NCBI GenBank assembly: GCA_050305635.1
Contig: JBNLFS010000057.1
Span: forward strand, 11,347 to 75,346
From: Candidatus Thiodiazotropha sp.
GTDB lineage: Bacteria > Pseudomonadota > Gammaproteobacteria > Chromatiales > Chromatiaceae
Direction of reading: 5' to 3'
Length of the DNA: 64,000 nt
Both the position numbers and the translations under genes were made by a program. Below the pieces are notes generated by a model. The model had not been told where the DNA came from. It searched no databases and saw nothing but the letters and a program-made list of their open reading frames with translations. Of the stretch, positions 50,001-60,196 are shown in pieces (positions within the stretch are counted from its first letter, which is position 1; the number at the start of each line of letters is the position of its first letter).

Positions 50001-53000
50001 CTCCTTGGACTCCTCGACAAAGATCTCGACCAGTTCCCGATCTTCGCTGACCTCGAACAGATCTCCGTCGTGGAGGAAACTCATCGGCTCTTCGTAGTAG
50101 GAGGCCGTATCGACAACCTCGGAAGCGGTGAACTCGCTGTCGTCCTCTTCCAGGCGTTCCAGTTCCTGCTGCAGTTCCTCGTCCTGAGCGGTCTCTAGAG
50201 AGGTGGTCAACGCTTCGGAAGTCCACTCGTCGTCCTGCTCGTCTTCGAACGGTGTTTCCTCAACCAGCCCGGTGTCCAGGGTCTCGGAGTCCGGTTCCTC
50301 TTCCAGGGCCTCCATCACCGCCTGCAGATTGGCATCTTCCGGGACGGCATCCGCATCGAAATCCAGGAAGTCGCTATCACTCTCTTCGAGAGCGACCGGT
50401 TCATCCTCCTGCTGCCGTGCCATGGGATTCTCCAGGTCGTGCAACAGGGTATCGGAAATGTGAACTTTACCGGTAGTGGCGGCGTCCTCCACCTGGGTGG
50501 CCAGAAAATCGAAAGCCTGGCGGACCAGATCCTGGATCGGCTGGTCAGCGGTGATCTGCTGATGCAGGATTCGCTCGAACAGACTTTTAAGGCCATGACT
50601 GACATCCCCGATCGGCGAAATGCCGGCCAGCCGGGAACTCCCCTTCAGGGTGTGCAGGGTACGTTTGATCTCATCGATCACCGCCCCGTCATGCAATGCA
50701 TGCTCCCACCGGGTGTAACTCGCTTCGAGCGACTCCAGCAGCTCGCGCCCCTCTTCGATGAAGATTTCCAGTAGCTCTTCATCCTCACCGACTTCGAAGA
50801 ACTCATCCTCCTGCAGGTAGGTGGTGGACTCATGGAACACCACCGGCTGTGGCGTCTCTTCGTCTGGCTCGGCGGACTCCTCGAATGCGTCAGAGGGTTC
50901 CTCCGTGGGAGGTTCAGGGGCCTCCTCAAGCTCGAAGGAGGGCTCCTCCGTGGGAAGTTCTGCGATCTCCTCGAGTTCGATCGAGGATTCCTCTTCGGTA
51001 GATTCAGGAGCCTCCTCGAGCTCGAACGAGGGTGCTTCCACAGGAAGTTCAGGCGCCTCTTGGAGTTCACTGGTCTCTTCGAGGAAAGAGGTCGGTTCAC
51101 TCTCCAGCGCAAGGTCGTCGGACTCCGACTGCAAACCGGTGTCGTGCAAATCCTCTCCGAGACCATGATTGAGCTGCTGCAACGCGTCCCTCAAACCACT
51201 GAGGTATGTCTCGACGTTCGGTTCCGGAAGATCCTCATCCGGGAGGGTATCCAGCAGTTCGCGAATGTAACCGACACTGCCTCCGATCAGTCCAATCACC
51301 TGCGCGTCCGCGGGGCGCTGCAGATCATGCACCGCGTTGGCGTAGTCTTCCATGGCTTCGCTAAGCTCTGCGATCGGCATGATGCCGGTCATCTGGGCGC
51401 TGCCGTGCAGGGTATGGCAGGCGCGCACCACCGATTCCGGCAACTGTATCGCGGGATCCGCGGCTTCGGCCATATGGAGAAAGGTTTCGATCTCCTGAAG
51501 ATGCTCTTCAGACTCCTCAGCGAAGACTTCCAGCAGTTCCGTATCGATCTCGATGATCAGATCCGAATCCGTGAAATCCGCCAGCAGGGCCTCTTCGAGT
51601 CCGGCCTCCGGGGATTCCAGGAGTTCCTCCTCGAGAGCCTCCTCATCGCCTGTTTCGGACAGGGCCTGCAGCTCGATCGGCGGCTCTTCATCATCCGACA
51701 GCTCCGTATCCAGCTCCAGACTCAGATCCTCCAGCTCCTCGGGAAGCTCGAAGGAATCATCGGCCTCGGCCCTCTCTTCAGGCGCTTCCAGGGTCACGGA
51801 CTCGAAGTCATGCGGCGCATCCAACGACTCCGCTGTCACCGCTTCCGCCTGACTCTCAGTGATTGATTCGGGTGTCTCAGCAACTTCCTCGGGCGTCTCT
51901 TCAGCGGCTTCAGGAGCCGCTTCGACAGAGACTTCGGACTCCGCGGCCTCGAGCGGAACCGCCTCGATCGCGGGGGCTTCCTTCCGTGGCATGGGCTTGC
52001 CATCGGCCAATGCGTAAGCCTGGGCTTGGAGCAGATCCACATCCGCGCTGGGGTAGACACCCTGTTCCTGAGAATCGATCAGGTCCGGCAGAGAGTCCAC
52101 CACCCGATTAAGCAGATCGATCATATCCGGGCTGACATGGATGGTTTCATCGATCAGCCGGTTGAGCATGTTCTCGACGGACCAGGCCAGTTCACCAATG
52201 ACCTTGGCGCCGACCAGACGGCCGCTGCCCTTGAGGGTATGGAATGAGCGGCGGAAGGTGACCAGGGCATCCCGGTCCTCGTAATTGCGTGCCCAACGGG
52301 GTAGATGCTCCTGGATGACTTCCTGTTCCTCGCGCGCCTCCTCGATGAAGATCTCGAGGATCTCCGGATCGATCTCGTCGAGCATCGGTTTGCGGCTGGA
52401 GGGAATCTCCTCCTCTTCGGCCGGAGATTCGGGTGCAACCGCGACCGGTTCGGAGGGTGCTTCGGAGACCGGCTCGGGTTCGGCCGATTGCGCATCGCTC
52501 GTGGGCTCGCTGTCCACGGAGATCTCTTCCACCAGCGGCTGCGGAGGTTCGATCTGCAGACTGCTGGCGCCGAACTCCAGATCGGAGACCTCGTCCTCCT
52601 GGAGATCGTAGCCCTCGGCATGATCGGCCGATTCGCTGACTTCGATGGGCTCCACGGGGGTGGTGTATTCGGTACGCTCCACCTGCCCTTCGCTGAGCAG
52701 GTCGTTCAGCGAGGCCTGGGCGATGGCCAGAATCTCGCGCCGGTCGCCGGCGCCGTCGACCAGGGTTTCGAGGTAATACTCGATACTGCTCACGACATCC
52801 GCCAGTGAGTTCATCTGCTGACGACTGGGCTTGCTGCGCGCCTCGATCAGGGTCTGCTGGATGAAGCTGCCGGTTTTCTGCAGCAGTTCCGCCGCTTCGC
52901 GCATGTTGAGCATGCTCAGGGCGCCTTGCACACGCTTGAATCCCTGGCGGACGTTATCCAGCAGGGTGGTGTCCTCGGGCGCCTCGGTGAAGCTGATGAT

Positions 53001-54356
53001 CGCCTCTTTGGACTTGGCGATCTCGACTTTCGCCTCCTTCACCGTTTGCTTGATCAGGTTCTGGTATTCCCCTTCGGGCATGCTCAGCCCAAGGGTATCG
53101 TCCTCCTCTTCCGCAGCGCCAGGCTGGAAGGTGTGCAGGGTACTGAGCGAGGACTCGACATAGAGAATGTCGCCGGCCATCTCCATCAATTCGAACTCTT
53201 CCGGCATCACCCCCTGCTCGACAAAGTTCTTCACCTTGTCGGCCTGTCGGTTGAGGCGTGAACGCAAGGCGCCCTGACCGATCATTCCAAGCGTGTCTGC
53301 GAGTTTCCGGGTGGGCGATTCCAGGTGAGCCAGCATTTCCATGTTGGCTTTCTCGTCGCGCATGAACAGATCGAGAATATCCTTGATTCGGGTCAGCTCG
53401 GTGCTCACCGCGTCCTTGATCGATTCCGCCAGTTCCGCATTGGAGCCGGTGAGACCCAGACGGCCCTGACTCAACTGAGCTTCACTCGGCATCACCGTGT
53501 CGAGATGGAAGGTCTCCTTGATTTCCCGGATCAGCGGATGATGGGAATCCGCCCGGGCGATGTAGTACAGCAGGTTCTTCAGCAAGGCCGCCGGAGGCTG
53601 GTCCACCAGGGCCTGTTCACCGCTGTCCACGATGGTCTTCATCTTTCGATCGAGACGGCTGAACAGCTGCTTGACCGCAATTCCCGGGGCGATCGTATTC
53701 TCAATCAGCCCGTGCATCAGACCTTCCGCAACCCAGAACAGCTGCTTGACCTGCTCGGTCCCGGCATGTTGGCGCAGGGTGGCGAAGACATCGCGCAGCA
53801 ATGGCCAACCGTGCACCGTATCCCGTTTGCGGTACCAGCTCAGCAATCCCAGGTGAAACTTCTGCCGCACCTGACGGGTAAGCTCCGGCAGATGATCGTT
53901 GATCAGTCCCTTTTCTTCCTGGGTGTCGATTTCCGGTTTGAACAACGCGGCTTCCGACAGCAGCGGGGCATCCCGAACCGCGCGCAGATCATTCAGCAGG
54001 GGCAGGATGATCAGCGGTATGTCCGCATCCCCGCCCTGCAGCTTCTCCAGATAATCGGGCAGCTGAATCAGCGCCAGCATCAACGCCTCGGCGGCATCCT
54101 CTTCCTGGCGCACGCGACCCTGCGCCATGTCCCGCACCACCAGCTCCATCTCTTCGGCGAGCATGCTGGGTCCGTAGACCTGCACCATCTGCAGGACTCG
54201 GGCGATCTGATGCAGATGGTCACCGCAAACCGCGAGGGAATCTCCGTCACCGGGTGACTCCACATAGGCTTCCAAGGCCTGACGGGCATGGCGAATGGAC
54301 ACATCCAGTTCGTCCTTGACCCAGTTCAGGGCACCAAAATCTTGCGCGTTATTCAT
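47034..54356 (-). CDS. chpA: Pil-Chp chemosensory hybrid histidine kinase ChpA (multiple Hpt, HATPase, CheW, REC)
   Basis: ALNWVKDEL N-terminus, five HT(L/I)(K/H)GS Hpt motifs, FDPLELDRF, EHLLRNSVSHGIE, DDGRG, SGRGVGLDVV, C-terminal REC (VVDDS, LDIEMPRMDG). Confidence 0.95.
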   Translation of the reverse strand: MNNAQDFGALNWVKDELDVSIRHARQALEAYVESPGDGDSLAVCGDHLHQIARVLQMVQVYGPSMLAEEMELVVRDMAQGRVRQEEDAAEALMLALIQLPDYLEKLQGGDADIPLIILPLLNDLRAVRDAPLLSEAALFKPEIDTQEEKGLINDHLPELTRQVRQKFHLGLLSWYRKRDTVHGWPLLRDVFATLRQHAGTEQVKQLFWVAEGLMHGLIENTIAPGIAVKQLFSRLDRKMKTIVDSGEQALVDQPPAALLKNLLYYIARADSHHPLIREIKETFHLDTVMPSEAQLSQGRLGLTGSNAELAESIKDAVSTELTRIKDILDLFMRDEKANMEMLAHLESPTRKLADTLGMIGQGALRSRLNRQADKVKNFVEQGVMPEEFELMEMAGDILYVESSLSTLHTFQPGAAEEEDDTLGLSMPEGEYQNLIKQTVKEAKVEIAKSKEAIISFTEAPEDTTLLDNVRQGFKRVQGALSMLNMREAAELLQKTGSFIQQTLIEARSKPSRQQMNSLADVVSSIEYYLETLVDGAGDRREILAIAQASLNDLLSEGQVERTEYTTPVEPIEVSESADHAEGYDLQEDEVSDLEFGASSLQIEPPQPLVEEISVDSEPTSDAQSAEPEPVSEAPSEPVAVAPESPAEEEEIPSSRKPMLDEIDPEILEIFIEEAREEQEVIQEHLPRWARNYEDRDALVTFRRSFHTLKGSGRLVGAKVIGELAWSVENMLNRLIDETIHVSPDMIDLLNRVVDSLPDLIDSQEQGVYPSADVDLLQAQAYALADGKPMPRKEAPAIEAVPLEAAESEVSVEAAPEAAEETPEEVAETPESITESQAEAVTAESLDAPHDFESVTLEAPEERAEADDSFELPEELEDLSLELDTELSDDEEPPIELQALSETGDEEALEEELLESPEAGLEEALLADFTDSDLIIEIDTELLEVFAEESEEHLQEIETFLHMAEAADPAIQLPESVVRACHTLHGSAQMTGIMPIAELSEAMEDYANAVHDLQRPADAQVIGLIGGSVGYIRELLDTLPDEDLPEPNVETYLSGLRDALQQLNHGLGEDLHDTGLQSESDDLALESEPTSFLEETSELQEAPELPVEAPSFELEEAPESTEEESSIELEEIAELPTEEPSFELEEAPEPPTEEPSDAFEESAEPDEETPQPVVFHESTTYLQEDEFFEVGEDEELLEIFIEEGRELLESLEASYTRWEHALHDGAVIDEIKRTLHTLKGSSRLAGISPIGDVSHGLKSLFERILHQQITADQPIQDLVRQAFDFLATQVEDAATTGKVHISDTLLHDLENPMARQQEDEPVALEESDSDFLDFDADAVPEDANLQAVMEALEEEPDSETLDTGLVEETPFEDEQDDEWTSEALTTSLETAQDEELQQELERLEEDDSEFTASEVVDTASYYEEPMSFLHDGDLFEVSEDRELVEIFVEESKELLETLEGQFQQWSDNPADHQPVDAMQRALHTIKGSSRLAGIEPVGDLSHAMESLLNAVTRGLVPAEGAVMNLSRATLDLLATQTDDAESTGCVHRADPLISEIQSLIDAAGQRSATDKAYVDPEVQQELEALENEAAEAELEEVAPAAVSDQDRVEAFDVDLPDDAFAIEEVTSESLDSGEDSFMLLQDEVLLEVGEDDELIQIFIEEAKEFTEQIETHFQNWLDNLSDRSAIDGMQRNLHTLKGSARLAGVMPVGDLSHAVESLMTALAEGEIDPIETVTDTLRQAIDHLALQVDTLGKTGKVPASDLQVTQLHNLLGGEMTPSYDGMVETIQHTPEPPEVVEEEAPKSAKVLPFNEKIAKLLNPQQEDDKESHKASKDQVRVNAELMDRLVNHAGEVSIYRARLEQQNSVLGFNLSELEQTVSRLYTQLRGLEIETEAQILYRWERDNEQDDHEKAEFDPLELDRFSNMQQLSRALVETVNDLGNINESLRDLQRETDTLLLQQSRISNDLQDGLLRTRMVPFATLVPRMQRLVRQTAGQLSKKANLECFGIEGELDRSILNRMVPVLEHLLRNSVSHGIEYPQDRVSTGKQETGRISLYLDREATDVLITLSDDGRGLDIEAIRARAVKQGMINANAEISDDDLIQCVLLPGFSTAKEVTQISGRGVGLDVVVSEVKQLGGSLEIDSQPGRGTSFIIRLPLTLAITDALLVRVSEEIYAIPHGSVSAVVRIRRQDLQQCYADAQNGFEYAGKQYKVNYLGRMMGVGHQELQEGPRWLPLLLLQTGEHQVALQVDELLGSRQVVVKSLGKQVGSVRWITGGTILADGRVALILDLAALVRMDATHTAPIRASVEQAQKRVEERVRVMVVDDSITVRKVTSRLLERHDMEVVTAKDGVEAVALLQEQVPDIMLLDIEMPRMDGFELARHINNSVDYYGLPIIMISSRVGDKHRQRAMDLGVKRCLGKPYQESELLENINEVLAESKQ
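50851..51068 (-). repeat. 45-bp (15-aa) tandem repeat in the ChpA acidic linker, about 5 copies
   Basis: ELQEAPELPVEAPSF / ELEEAPESTEEESSI / ELEEIAELPTEEPSF / ELEEAPEPPTEEPSD / AFEESAEPDEETP. Confidence 0.75.
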
Positions 54357-54437
54357 GTGCGGTGCACTCCCGTCGGGAAACCGGTGAGGGTGTCATTGAG
54401 CATACTTGTCCATCTTACGTAGCTATGGCCACCGGCA

Positions 54438-56480
54438 TCAGGACGGCAGACGGAAACCGGCAACGGATTTCTGCAGCTGATCCGACAGATCCGCCAACGC
54501 ACCGATGGAGTTGGCGGTCTGATGGGTGCCTTCCGAAGTCTGGTTGGTAATCTCCTGAATGACGCTCATGGTGTCTTTCACGTTCACCGCCTGTTCCGAC
54601 TGGACCTGCGCCGAGGTGGCGATCTTGCCGGTCAGGTCGGCGATGTACTGGGACACGCTCTCGATCTCTTTCAGGGCTTCGCCCGCGTCTTCCGCGAGTT
54701 TCGCGCCTTTCACCACACCCGAGGTGCTCGCCTCCATGGAGGTCACCGCTTCGTTGGTATCCGCCTGAATGGTCTTAACCAGCGCCTCGATCTGTTTGGT
54801 GGCGTTGATGGAGCGTTCCGCGAGTCGCTGTCCTTCGTCCGCGACCACCGCAAAACCGCGACCCGCCTCACCGGCCATGGCGGCCTGCATGGCGGCGTTC
54901 AGAGCGAGAATGTTGGTCTGGTCCGCGATGTCGTCGATCAGTTCCACGATATCGCCGATCTCCTGGGAGCTTTCACCCAGGCGCTTGATCCGTTTCGAGG
55001 TCTCCTGGATCTGCTCACGAATGTTGTCCATGCCGTTGATGGTGTTGCGCACGGTTTCGGCACCGGCGCTGGCGATCTCTACCGAGCGCTTGGCCACCTC
55101 GGCCGACTCGGTAGCGTCGTTCGACATCTGGTCGATCGCTTCGGTCATCTCGCCGATGGAACCGTTGGCCAGGGAAATCTGCTCAGCCTGATGCTCACTC
55201 GCTTCCGCCAGATGCATGGCGGTGGCCCGACTCTCCTGGGTGGCGCTGGAAACCTGTTCCGAGGTCGTGTTGATGGTGGTGACCAGTTCCCGCAGCGCTT
55301 CGATGGCGTAGTTGATCGAGTCGGCGATGGCGCCGGTGATATCCTCGGTCACGCTGGCGGTCACGGTGAGGTCGCCGTCGGCCAGGTCGCCCATTTCATC
55401 GAGCAGCTGCAGAATCGCCTTCTGGTTGTTTTCGTTCTGCTGCTTACTCGCCATTTCCCGGCGTTGCGCATCGACAACCAACTGAACCCCAAGCAGCACC
55501 AGAAACAGAGCCGCGGCACCACCGAACAGAGCAATCATGCCGGGGCCGGCCTTGATCCCGAGGAAGGAGAAACGACCGGGGGATTGACTGTAGGCGGCAA
55601 TCAGGGTGTCCGCCGCGTCGCTCACCTGGTCGGAACCATTGCTCACCATGGAAGCCGCTTCCAGGGCCGGCAGCACATCCGGGATGTTCTGGATGATCTC
55701 CGCCGCGTTGTCCTGGATGGTGGTGAACAAGGTGGCCACATCGGCGAGTCGCTGCAAAGCGACCTTGTCGTCCACCTTATCGATGCCCAGATCCTTGTCT
55801 CCGCTGCGCAAACCTTCAAGCACCCGGCCGAACATGTCGGCATCGCGGCTGAACTGGTCGATCGCGGCCGCGGTCTTCTCACCACCGGCCAACACCTGGT
55901 TTACATTGGAGTTGATGCGCTGGATCAGCACCTGCAGTTCCGTCGCGGTGTAGACCTGACGGCGCGGGGCGTTGCTGTTGATCAATACCTCGCCCAGCTC
56001 CTCGGAGAGTTCCTGCAACTGAGGCACAAACTCGGAGATCACCGCGGAGAATTCGTCGATCGCGAGGATGTTCTCCTGGGCCTTGAGGATTTCGTCGATG
56101 TTGTTTTTAAGACTGGTCCACTTGGTTTCCAGATCCGACAGCTCGGTATTCACTGCAGCCGGCGAGGCGGGCAGATCACTGGCGGCGCCCCCTCCGTTCT
56201 TCAGTTCATACATAATGTTGTCAAAACGGTCCCGGGTCTTCTGCAGGGGCTTAAAGGATTGAAGCTCACCCCGGGAGGCGGAGAGGGCGTATTTGGCGAT
56301 ACGCTGAGACAGTACCTGCTGTTCCGCGGTACGGATCAGGTAACCCTCATCATAGGAATCCCATTTGGTGGTATGCAAAAAGGTCACGAGTGCCAACACC
56401 AGACACACCAGGACCAATACAGCCAAGGTGGTGATGACCTTGTTTGAGGGCAGATTCACGCCCGCATGTTTGCCTTTCAT
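54438..56480 (-). CDS. pilJ: Methyl-accepting chemotaxis protein PilJ
   Basis: Two TMs, periplasmic PilJ domains ([10 protein letters not shown]), [42 protein letters not shown]. Confidence 0.95.
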   Translation of the reverse strand: MKGKHAGVNLPSNKVITTLAVLVLVCLVLALVTFLHTTKWDSYDEGYLIRTAEQQVLSQRIAKYALSASRGELQSFKPLQKTRDRFDNIMYELKNGGGAASDLPASPAAVNTELSDLETKWTSLKNNIDEILKAQENILAIDEFSAVISEFVPQLQELSEELGEVLINSNAPRRQVYTATELQVLIQRINSNVNQVLAGGEKTAAAIDQFSRDADMFGRVLEGLRSGDKDLGIDKVDDKVALQRLADVATLFTTIQDNAAEIIQNIPDVLPALEAASMVSNGSDQVSDAADTLIAAYSQSPGRFSFLGIKAGPGMIALFGGAAALFLVLLGVQLVVDAQRREMASKQQNENNQKAILQLLDEMGDLADGDLTVTASVTEDITGAIADSINYAIEALRELVTTINTTSEQVSSATQESRATAMHLAEASEHQAEQISLANGSIGEMTEAIDQMSNDATESAEVAKRSVEIASAGAETVRNTINGMDNIREQIQETSKRIKRLGESSQEIGDIVELIDDIADQTNILALNAAMQAAMAGEAGRGFAVVADEGQRLAERSINATKQIEALVKTIQADTNEAVTSMEASTSGVVKGAKLAEDAGEALKEIESVSQYIADLTGKIATSAQVQSEQAVNVKDTMSVIQEITNQTSEGTHQTANSIGALADLSDQLQKSVAGFRLPS

Positions 56481-56537
56481 TCTTCTTTCTCCCGAAAGCT
56501 TTAAGTCTCAATCCTTAATTCAGTCTTATCCGCAGGA

Positions 56538-57107
56538 TCAACTGGCTGCGATCTGGAATGCGGGATCTTCCGCAAGTGCGGCCAGGCTGAAAACCGGCCA
56601 GGACATCCCGTCCTGATCAAACTCGAACTGAACATATTTCGTGAATTTATTATTGACGGCCCGCGCCTCTCTGGCCGTCTCTTTGGCGAAATGGCGCATA
56701 CCGACCATCTCGCCCACCAACACCCCGGTCAGACCACTGCCCAGGGTAAACACCAGAACCCGGCTGCGCCGGGTTCTGCGCGTCTTCCTTCCGATCAGGA
56801 ACAGCTGCAGGTCGATCACGGGAATCAGGGTGCCGCGTATGTTCGCAACCCCCATCATCCAGGGCTTGGAACCGGGAACCAGGGTCAGCGATGTCGGATA
56901 GTTAAGTATCTCCTTGACGCTGCTCAAGGGGGCGATGAAGCGGTTTTCACCGATATAGAACATCACCCCTTCCCAGTAGGTCTGAATCAGCTGCTGCTGC
57001 GGCAGACCCTGCGCCTGTTGCCGACAACGCTCTTCGAGGTCAGCCAGAAGCTGAACCACCCCATCCGGGGTCTCCACAAGCAGCTGCGGCATGGTGTTAT
57101 CCGGCAT
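56538..57107 (-). CDS. pilI: CheW-like protein PilI
   Basis: GLPQ..WEGVMF, VPGSKPWMMGVANIRGTLIPVIDL, GMRHF. Confidence 0.92.
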   Translation of the reverse strand: MPDNTMPQLLVETPDGVVQLLADLEERCRQQAQGLPQQQLIQTYWEGVMFYIGENRFIAPLSSVKEILNYPTSLTLVPGSKPWMMGVANIRGTLIPVIDLQLFLIGRKTRRTRRSRVLVFTLGSGLTGVLVGEMVGMRHFAKETAREARAVNNKFTKYVQFEFDQDGMSWPVFSLAALAEDPAFQIAAS

Positions 57108-57537
57108 TGATCAAGGCCCTGATCTTGCTCAGCAGCTCAGCGGGAGCCACCGGCTTGACCATGTACTCGGTCGCGCCCTGTCGCATGCCCCAGTTGATGT
57201 CGGTCTGCTGATCCTTGGTGGTCACCATGATGACCGGAATCCGCGCCGTGGCTTCATCGTTCTTCAGCAGGCGAGTGGCCTGGAATCCGTTCAGGACGGG
57301 CATCACCACATCCATCAGGATCAGATCGGGAAGCTCCTGCTTGGCCAGGTCGACACCTTCCTGGCCGTCCTTCGCCACCAGGATCTGGTAACCCTGCTTT
57401 TCGAGTATTTTCTTGAAGACAACGATCTCCGTGGGCGAATCATCGACTACGAGAATCCTACCCTTGGTTTCGCCAGTAGCTGGGATGCTGCTGTCTTCCG
57501 ATTCCTCGCGACCCTTGCGAAATAAGTTTTTGATCAT
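57097..57537 (-). CDS. pilH: Response regulator PilH
   Basis: ILVVDDSPTE, LILMDVVMPVLNGFQATR, TTKDQQTDINWGMRQGA. Confidence 0.93.
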   Translation of the reverse strand: MIKNLFRKGREESEDSSIPATGETKGRILVVDDSPTEIVVFKKILEKQGYQILVAKDGQEGVDLAKQELPDLILMDVVMPVLNGFQATRLLKNDEATARIPVIMVTTKDQQTDINWGMRQGATEYMVKPVAPAELLSKIRALINAG

Positions 57538-57650
57538 GGTATTACTCTGCCCGCTTGTTCTACGCCTTATCGGCTGATGTCACAATGTCTTTAAACCGGC
57601 TATCCCTACGTCGAGCAGACATCTCCGTAAGAAGATGCCCTAATGCAAAA

Positions 57651-58055
57651 TCAAGCAGCCTTTTTGACGTATCGTCGGATTGCGCCCAGCAACTCATCTT
57701 TGGTGAAGGGCTTGGTCAGGTACTGCTCAGACCCGACGATCCGCCCCCTCGCCCGATCAAACAGACCGTCCTTGCTCGAAAGCATGATCACCGGGATGTT
57801 CTTATACACATCGTTATGCTTGATAAGGGCACAGGTCTGATAACCATCAAGACGCGGCATCATGATATCGACGAAGATGACATCGGGATGATGGTCCGCG
57901 ATCATCGCCAACGCTTCAAACCCGTCGGTGGCGGTCGAGACTTCACAACCCGCCTTCTTCAAAAGACTCTCGGCCGTACGCCGTATGGTCTTACTGTCAT
58001 CGATGACCATGACTCTGACACCAGAGATGTCCTTTTCAGTTTCATCACCACTCAC
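57651..58055 (-). CDS. pilG: Response regulator PilG
   Basis: VMVIDDSKTIRRTAESLL, DIMMPRLDGYQTCALIK, SSKDGLFDRARGRIVGSEQYLTKPF. Confidence 0.96.
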   Translation of the reverse strand: MSGDETEKDISGVRVMVIDDSKTIRRTAESLLKKAGCEVSTATDGFEALAMIADHHPDVIFVDIMMPRLDGYQTCALIKHNDVYKNIPVIMLSSKDGLFDRARGRIVGSEQYLTKPFTKDELLGAIRRYVKKAA

Positions 58056-59045
58056 GTTGTAATCCTCATGTCACGGACATAACTAAAATTAGATGACCGA
58101 TGATCCCGCCTGGACGAGATAGGAAGTCCGGGGTGAATCATCGGTGAATTGTTCATTGTACTGGGAGCTGTCGGCCACGCCCTGTTCGCCCGCGCTGTCG
58201 GACGGGCGCACCGGGTGCGGTTTGGCCGGATGGGAAATACCGGCGACAAGGGCGATCTTGAACCCGCACCGGAGATTTGCGCAAAACCGTACCCCGCAGG
58301 CACCGATAGTCGGAGCCCGGCAAGCGGAGAATAACAGTCAAGACACCACATCATGTTCAAAAACCTTTTCCGGAACCTGTCATTCCGGCGATGGAACCCA
58401 TAGGATCCTTTCGACTCGTCCTGGTCATTTTGTACAGCCTGTTCGCCCGGCGTCGCCGCCATGGAGCAGTGATCGGCTTTATTTATTCTCACTGTCGCAG
58501 CAGATTCAACCTGCCCACGAGCCTTGTCCCAATGGATCTTACCGGGTCCCTGGTACCGGCCGGATGACCGACCTCGATCCAATCCGCCCAAAATAGCAAG
58601 ACCGTCAGCCGGCATCAAGAATATACTTCCCAATTCATATGCTTAGAATTGAGTTCAGTGATCCAGATCATCGTGGTTTGCTGTGAGTGGTAGCGGCTAC
58701 CCTTTGAAAAACTTAACTTATAACCTGAAATCACAGGTTCATGACGGCCTGACACCCAGGTCATCGCTTCCGTTGCACAGGAAATACCGGCCACTGCAAC
58801 TGACCAGACAATCAGGGCGGTTTTGATTCCCTCGGATTACCAATAGGTTACACCAGAACATCCGTGACCCGGCGCTTTCCGACCCGGATTCCTGACAGAA
58901 GACTGACCGCGGGGATCGCTCATGCGGGGATCCTGTCTGAGGGTGTATCGATGCAACGGACTCCCTGTCCTCGATCCGGGCCGGCTTGAAGCACCCGGAA
59001 TTATGCTTTTAACTCAAGTTTCGGAGTTCAGAACGGAGCACAGGG

Positions 59046-59051
59046 TATAAT
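59046..59051 (+). promoter_or_regulatory. Candidate sigma70 -10 box for the gshB operon
   Basis: Perfect TATAAT about 200 bp upstream of gshB in a GC-rich genome; no clear -35. Confidence 0.35.
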
Positions 59052-59248
59052 ATGGGCCCGGACGCCGACTGCGGTTATTCAGGGCAGTAGCCGACACTAA
59101 TTTTTACCACGAAGGGCGCGAAGCGGCGTGTTCATTAATTTCAATTCCTAAAAGCTACGTATCCGATCGGGGGACAGGCACCACCCGGCGCCACACAACC
59201 CTCGGAGTACCGGCCATCGATCATTCCAGGACCAAGACCAAGGTTGAT

Positions 59249-60196
59249 ATGAGCAGACAAATCGGTGTCGTGATGGATCCCATCGAATCCATCAAGATTC
59301 AAAAAGACAGTACCTTCGCAATGATGCTGGCGGCCCAGGCGCGGGGCTGGACGATCCACTACATCCAACAGCACAACCTGACCCTGAAGGACGGCCTCTG
59401 CTGGGCGGATACCCGCCATCTCAAGGTTCGGGACGATCCCGCCGGCTGGTACGAGTTTGGCGATCGGCAGCAACTGCCGCTGCACGAACTCGATGCGGTG
59501 CTGATGCGCAAGGATCCGCCCTTCGACATGGAGTACATCTACACCACCTACCTGCTGGAGCAGGCCGAACGTCAGGGCTGCCTGGTGGTCAACCGCCCCG
59601 CCAGTCTGCGTGATGCCAATGAAAAACTCTTCACCGCCTATTTCCCCCAGTGTACACCGCCGACCCTGGTGACCCGGGACGCCGCCGAGATCCGCGACTT
59701 TCACCGTTCCCACGGAGATATCATCCTCAAGCCCCTGGGCGGCATGGGCGGGGCATCGGTGTTTCGCGTCACCCGGGACGATCCCAACCTCTCGGTGATC
59801 ATCGAAACCCTGACCGAACAGGGCCAGAGCTATACCATGGCGCAACGCTTCATTCCCGAGATCCTCAGCGGGGACAAACGCATTCTCATGGTGGATGGGG
59901 AGGCGGTACCCTATGCCCTGGCGCGGATCCCGGCGCAAGGCGAGACCCGGGGCAACCTGGCGGCCGGCGGACGGGGCGAGGGAATTGCATTATCGGAACG
60001 GGATCACTGGATCGCCCGGCAGGTGGCGCCGGAACTCCGATCCCGTGGCATACTGTTCGCCGGGCTGGATGTGATCGGAGACTATCTGACGGAGATCAAT
60101 GTCACCAGTCCAACCTGCATCCGGGAACTCGATAAACAGTTCGGCCTGGATATCGCCGGTGACCTGATGGATGCGATTGCGAAAAGGCTTTCATGA
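59249..60196 (+). CDS. gshB: Glutathione synthetase
   Basis: VMDPI..KDSTFAM, MRKDPPFDMEY, NEKL, KPLGGMGG, GDKRI, RGNLAAGG, EINVTSPT. Confidence 0.97.
   Translation: MSRQIGVVMDPIESIKIQKDSTFAMMLAAQARGWTIHYIQQHNLTLKDGLCWADTRHLKVRDDPAGWYEFGDRQQLPLHELDAVLMRKDPPFDMEYIYTTYLLEQAERQGCLVVNRPASLRDANEKLFTAYFPQCTPPTLVTRDAAEIRDFHRSHGDIILKPLGGMGGASVFRVTRDDPNLSVIIETLTEQGQSYTMAQRFIPEILSGDKRILMVDGEAVPYALARIPAQGETRGNLAAGGRGEGIALSERDHWIARQVAPELRSRGILFAGLDVIGDYLTEINVTSPTCIRELDKQFGLDIAGDLMDAIAKRLS

Noticed and set aside
58052-58633. 193-aa and 150-aa ORFs upstream of pilG
   Set aside because: No motifs, atypical composition, mutually overlapping; not supportable as genes
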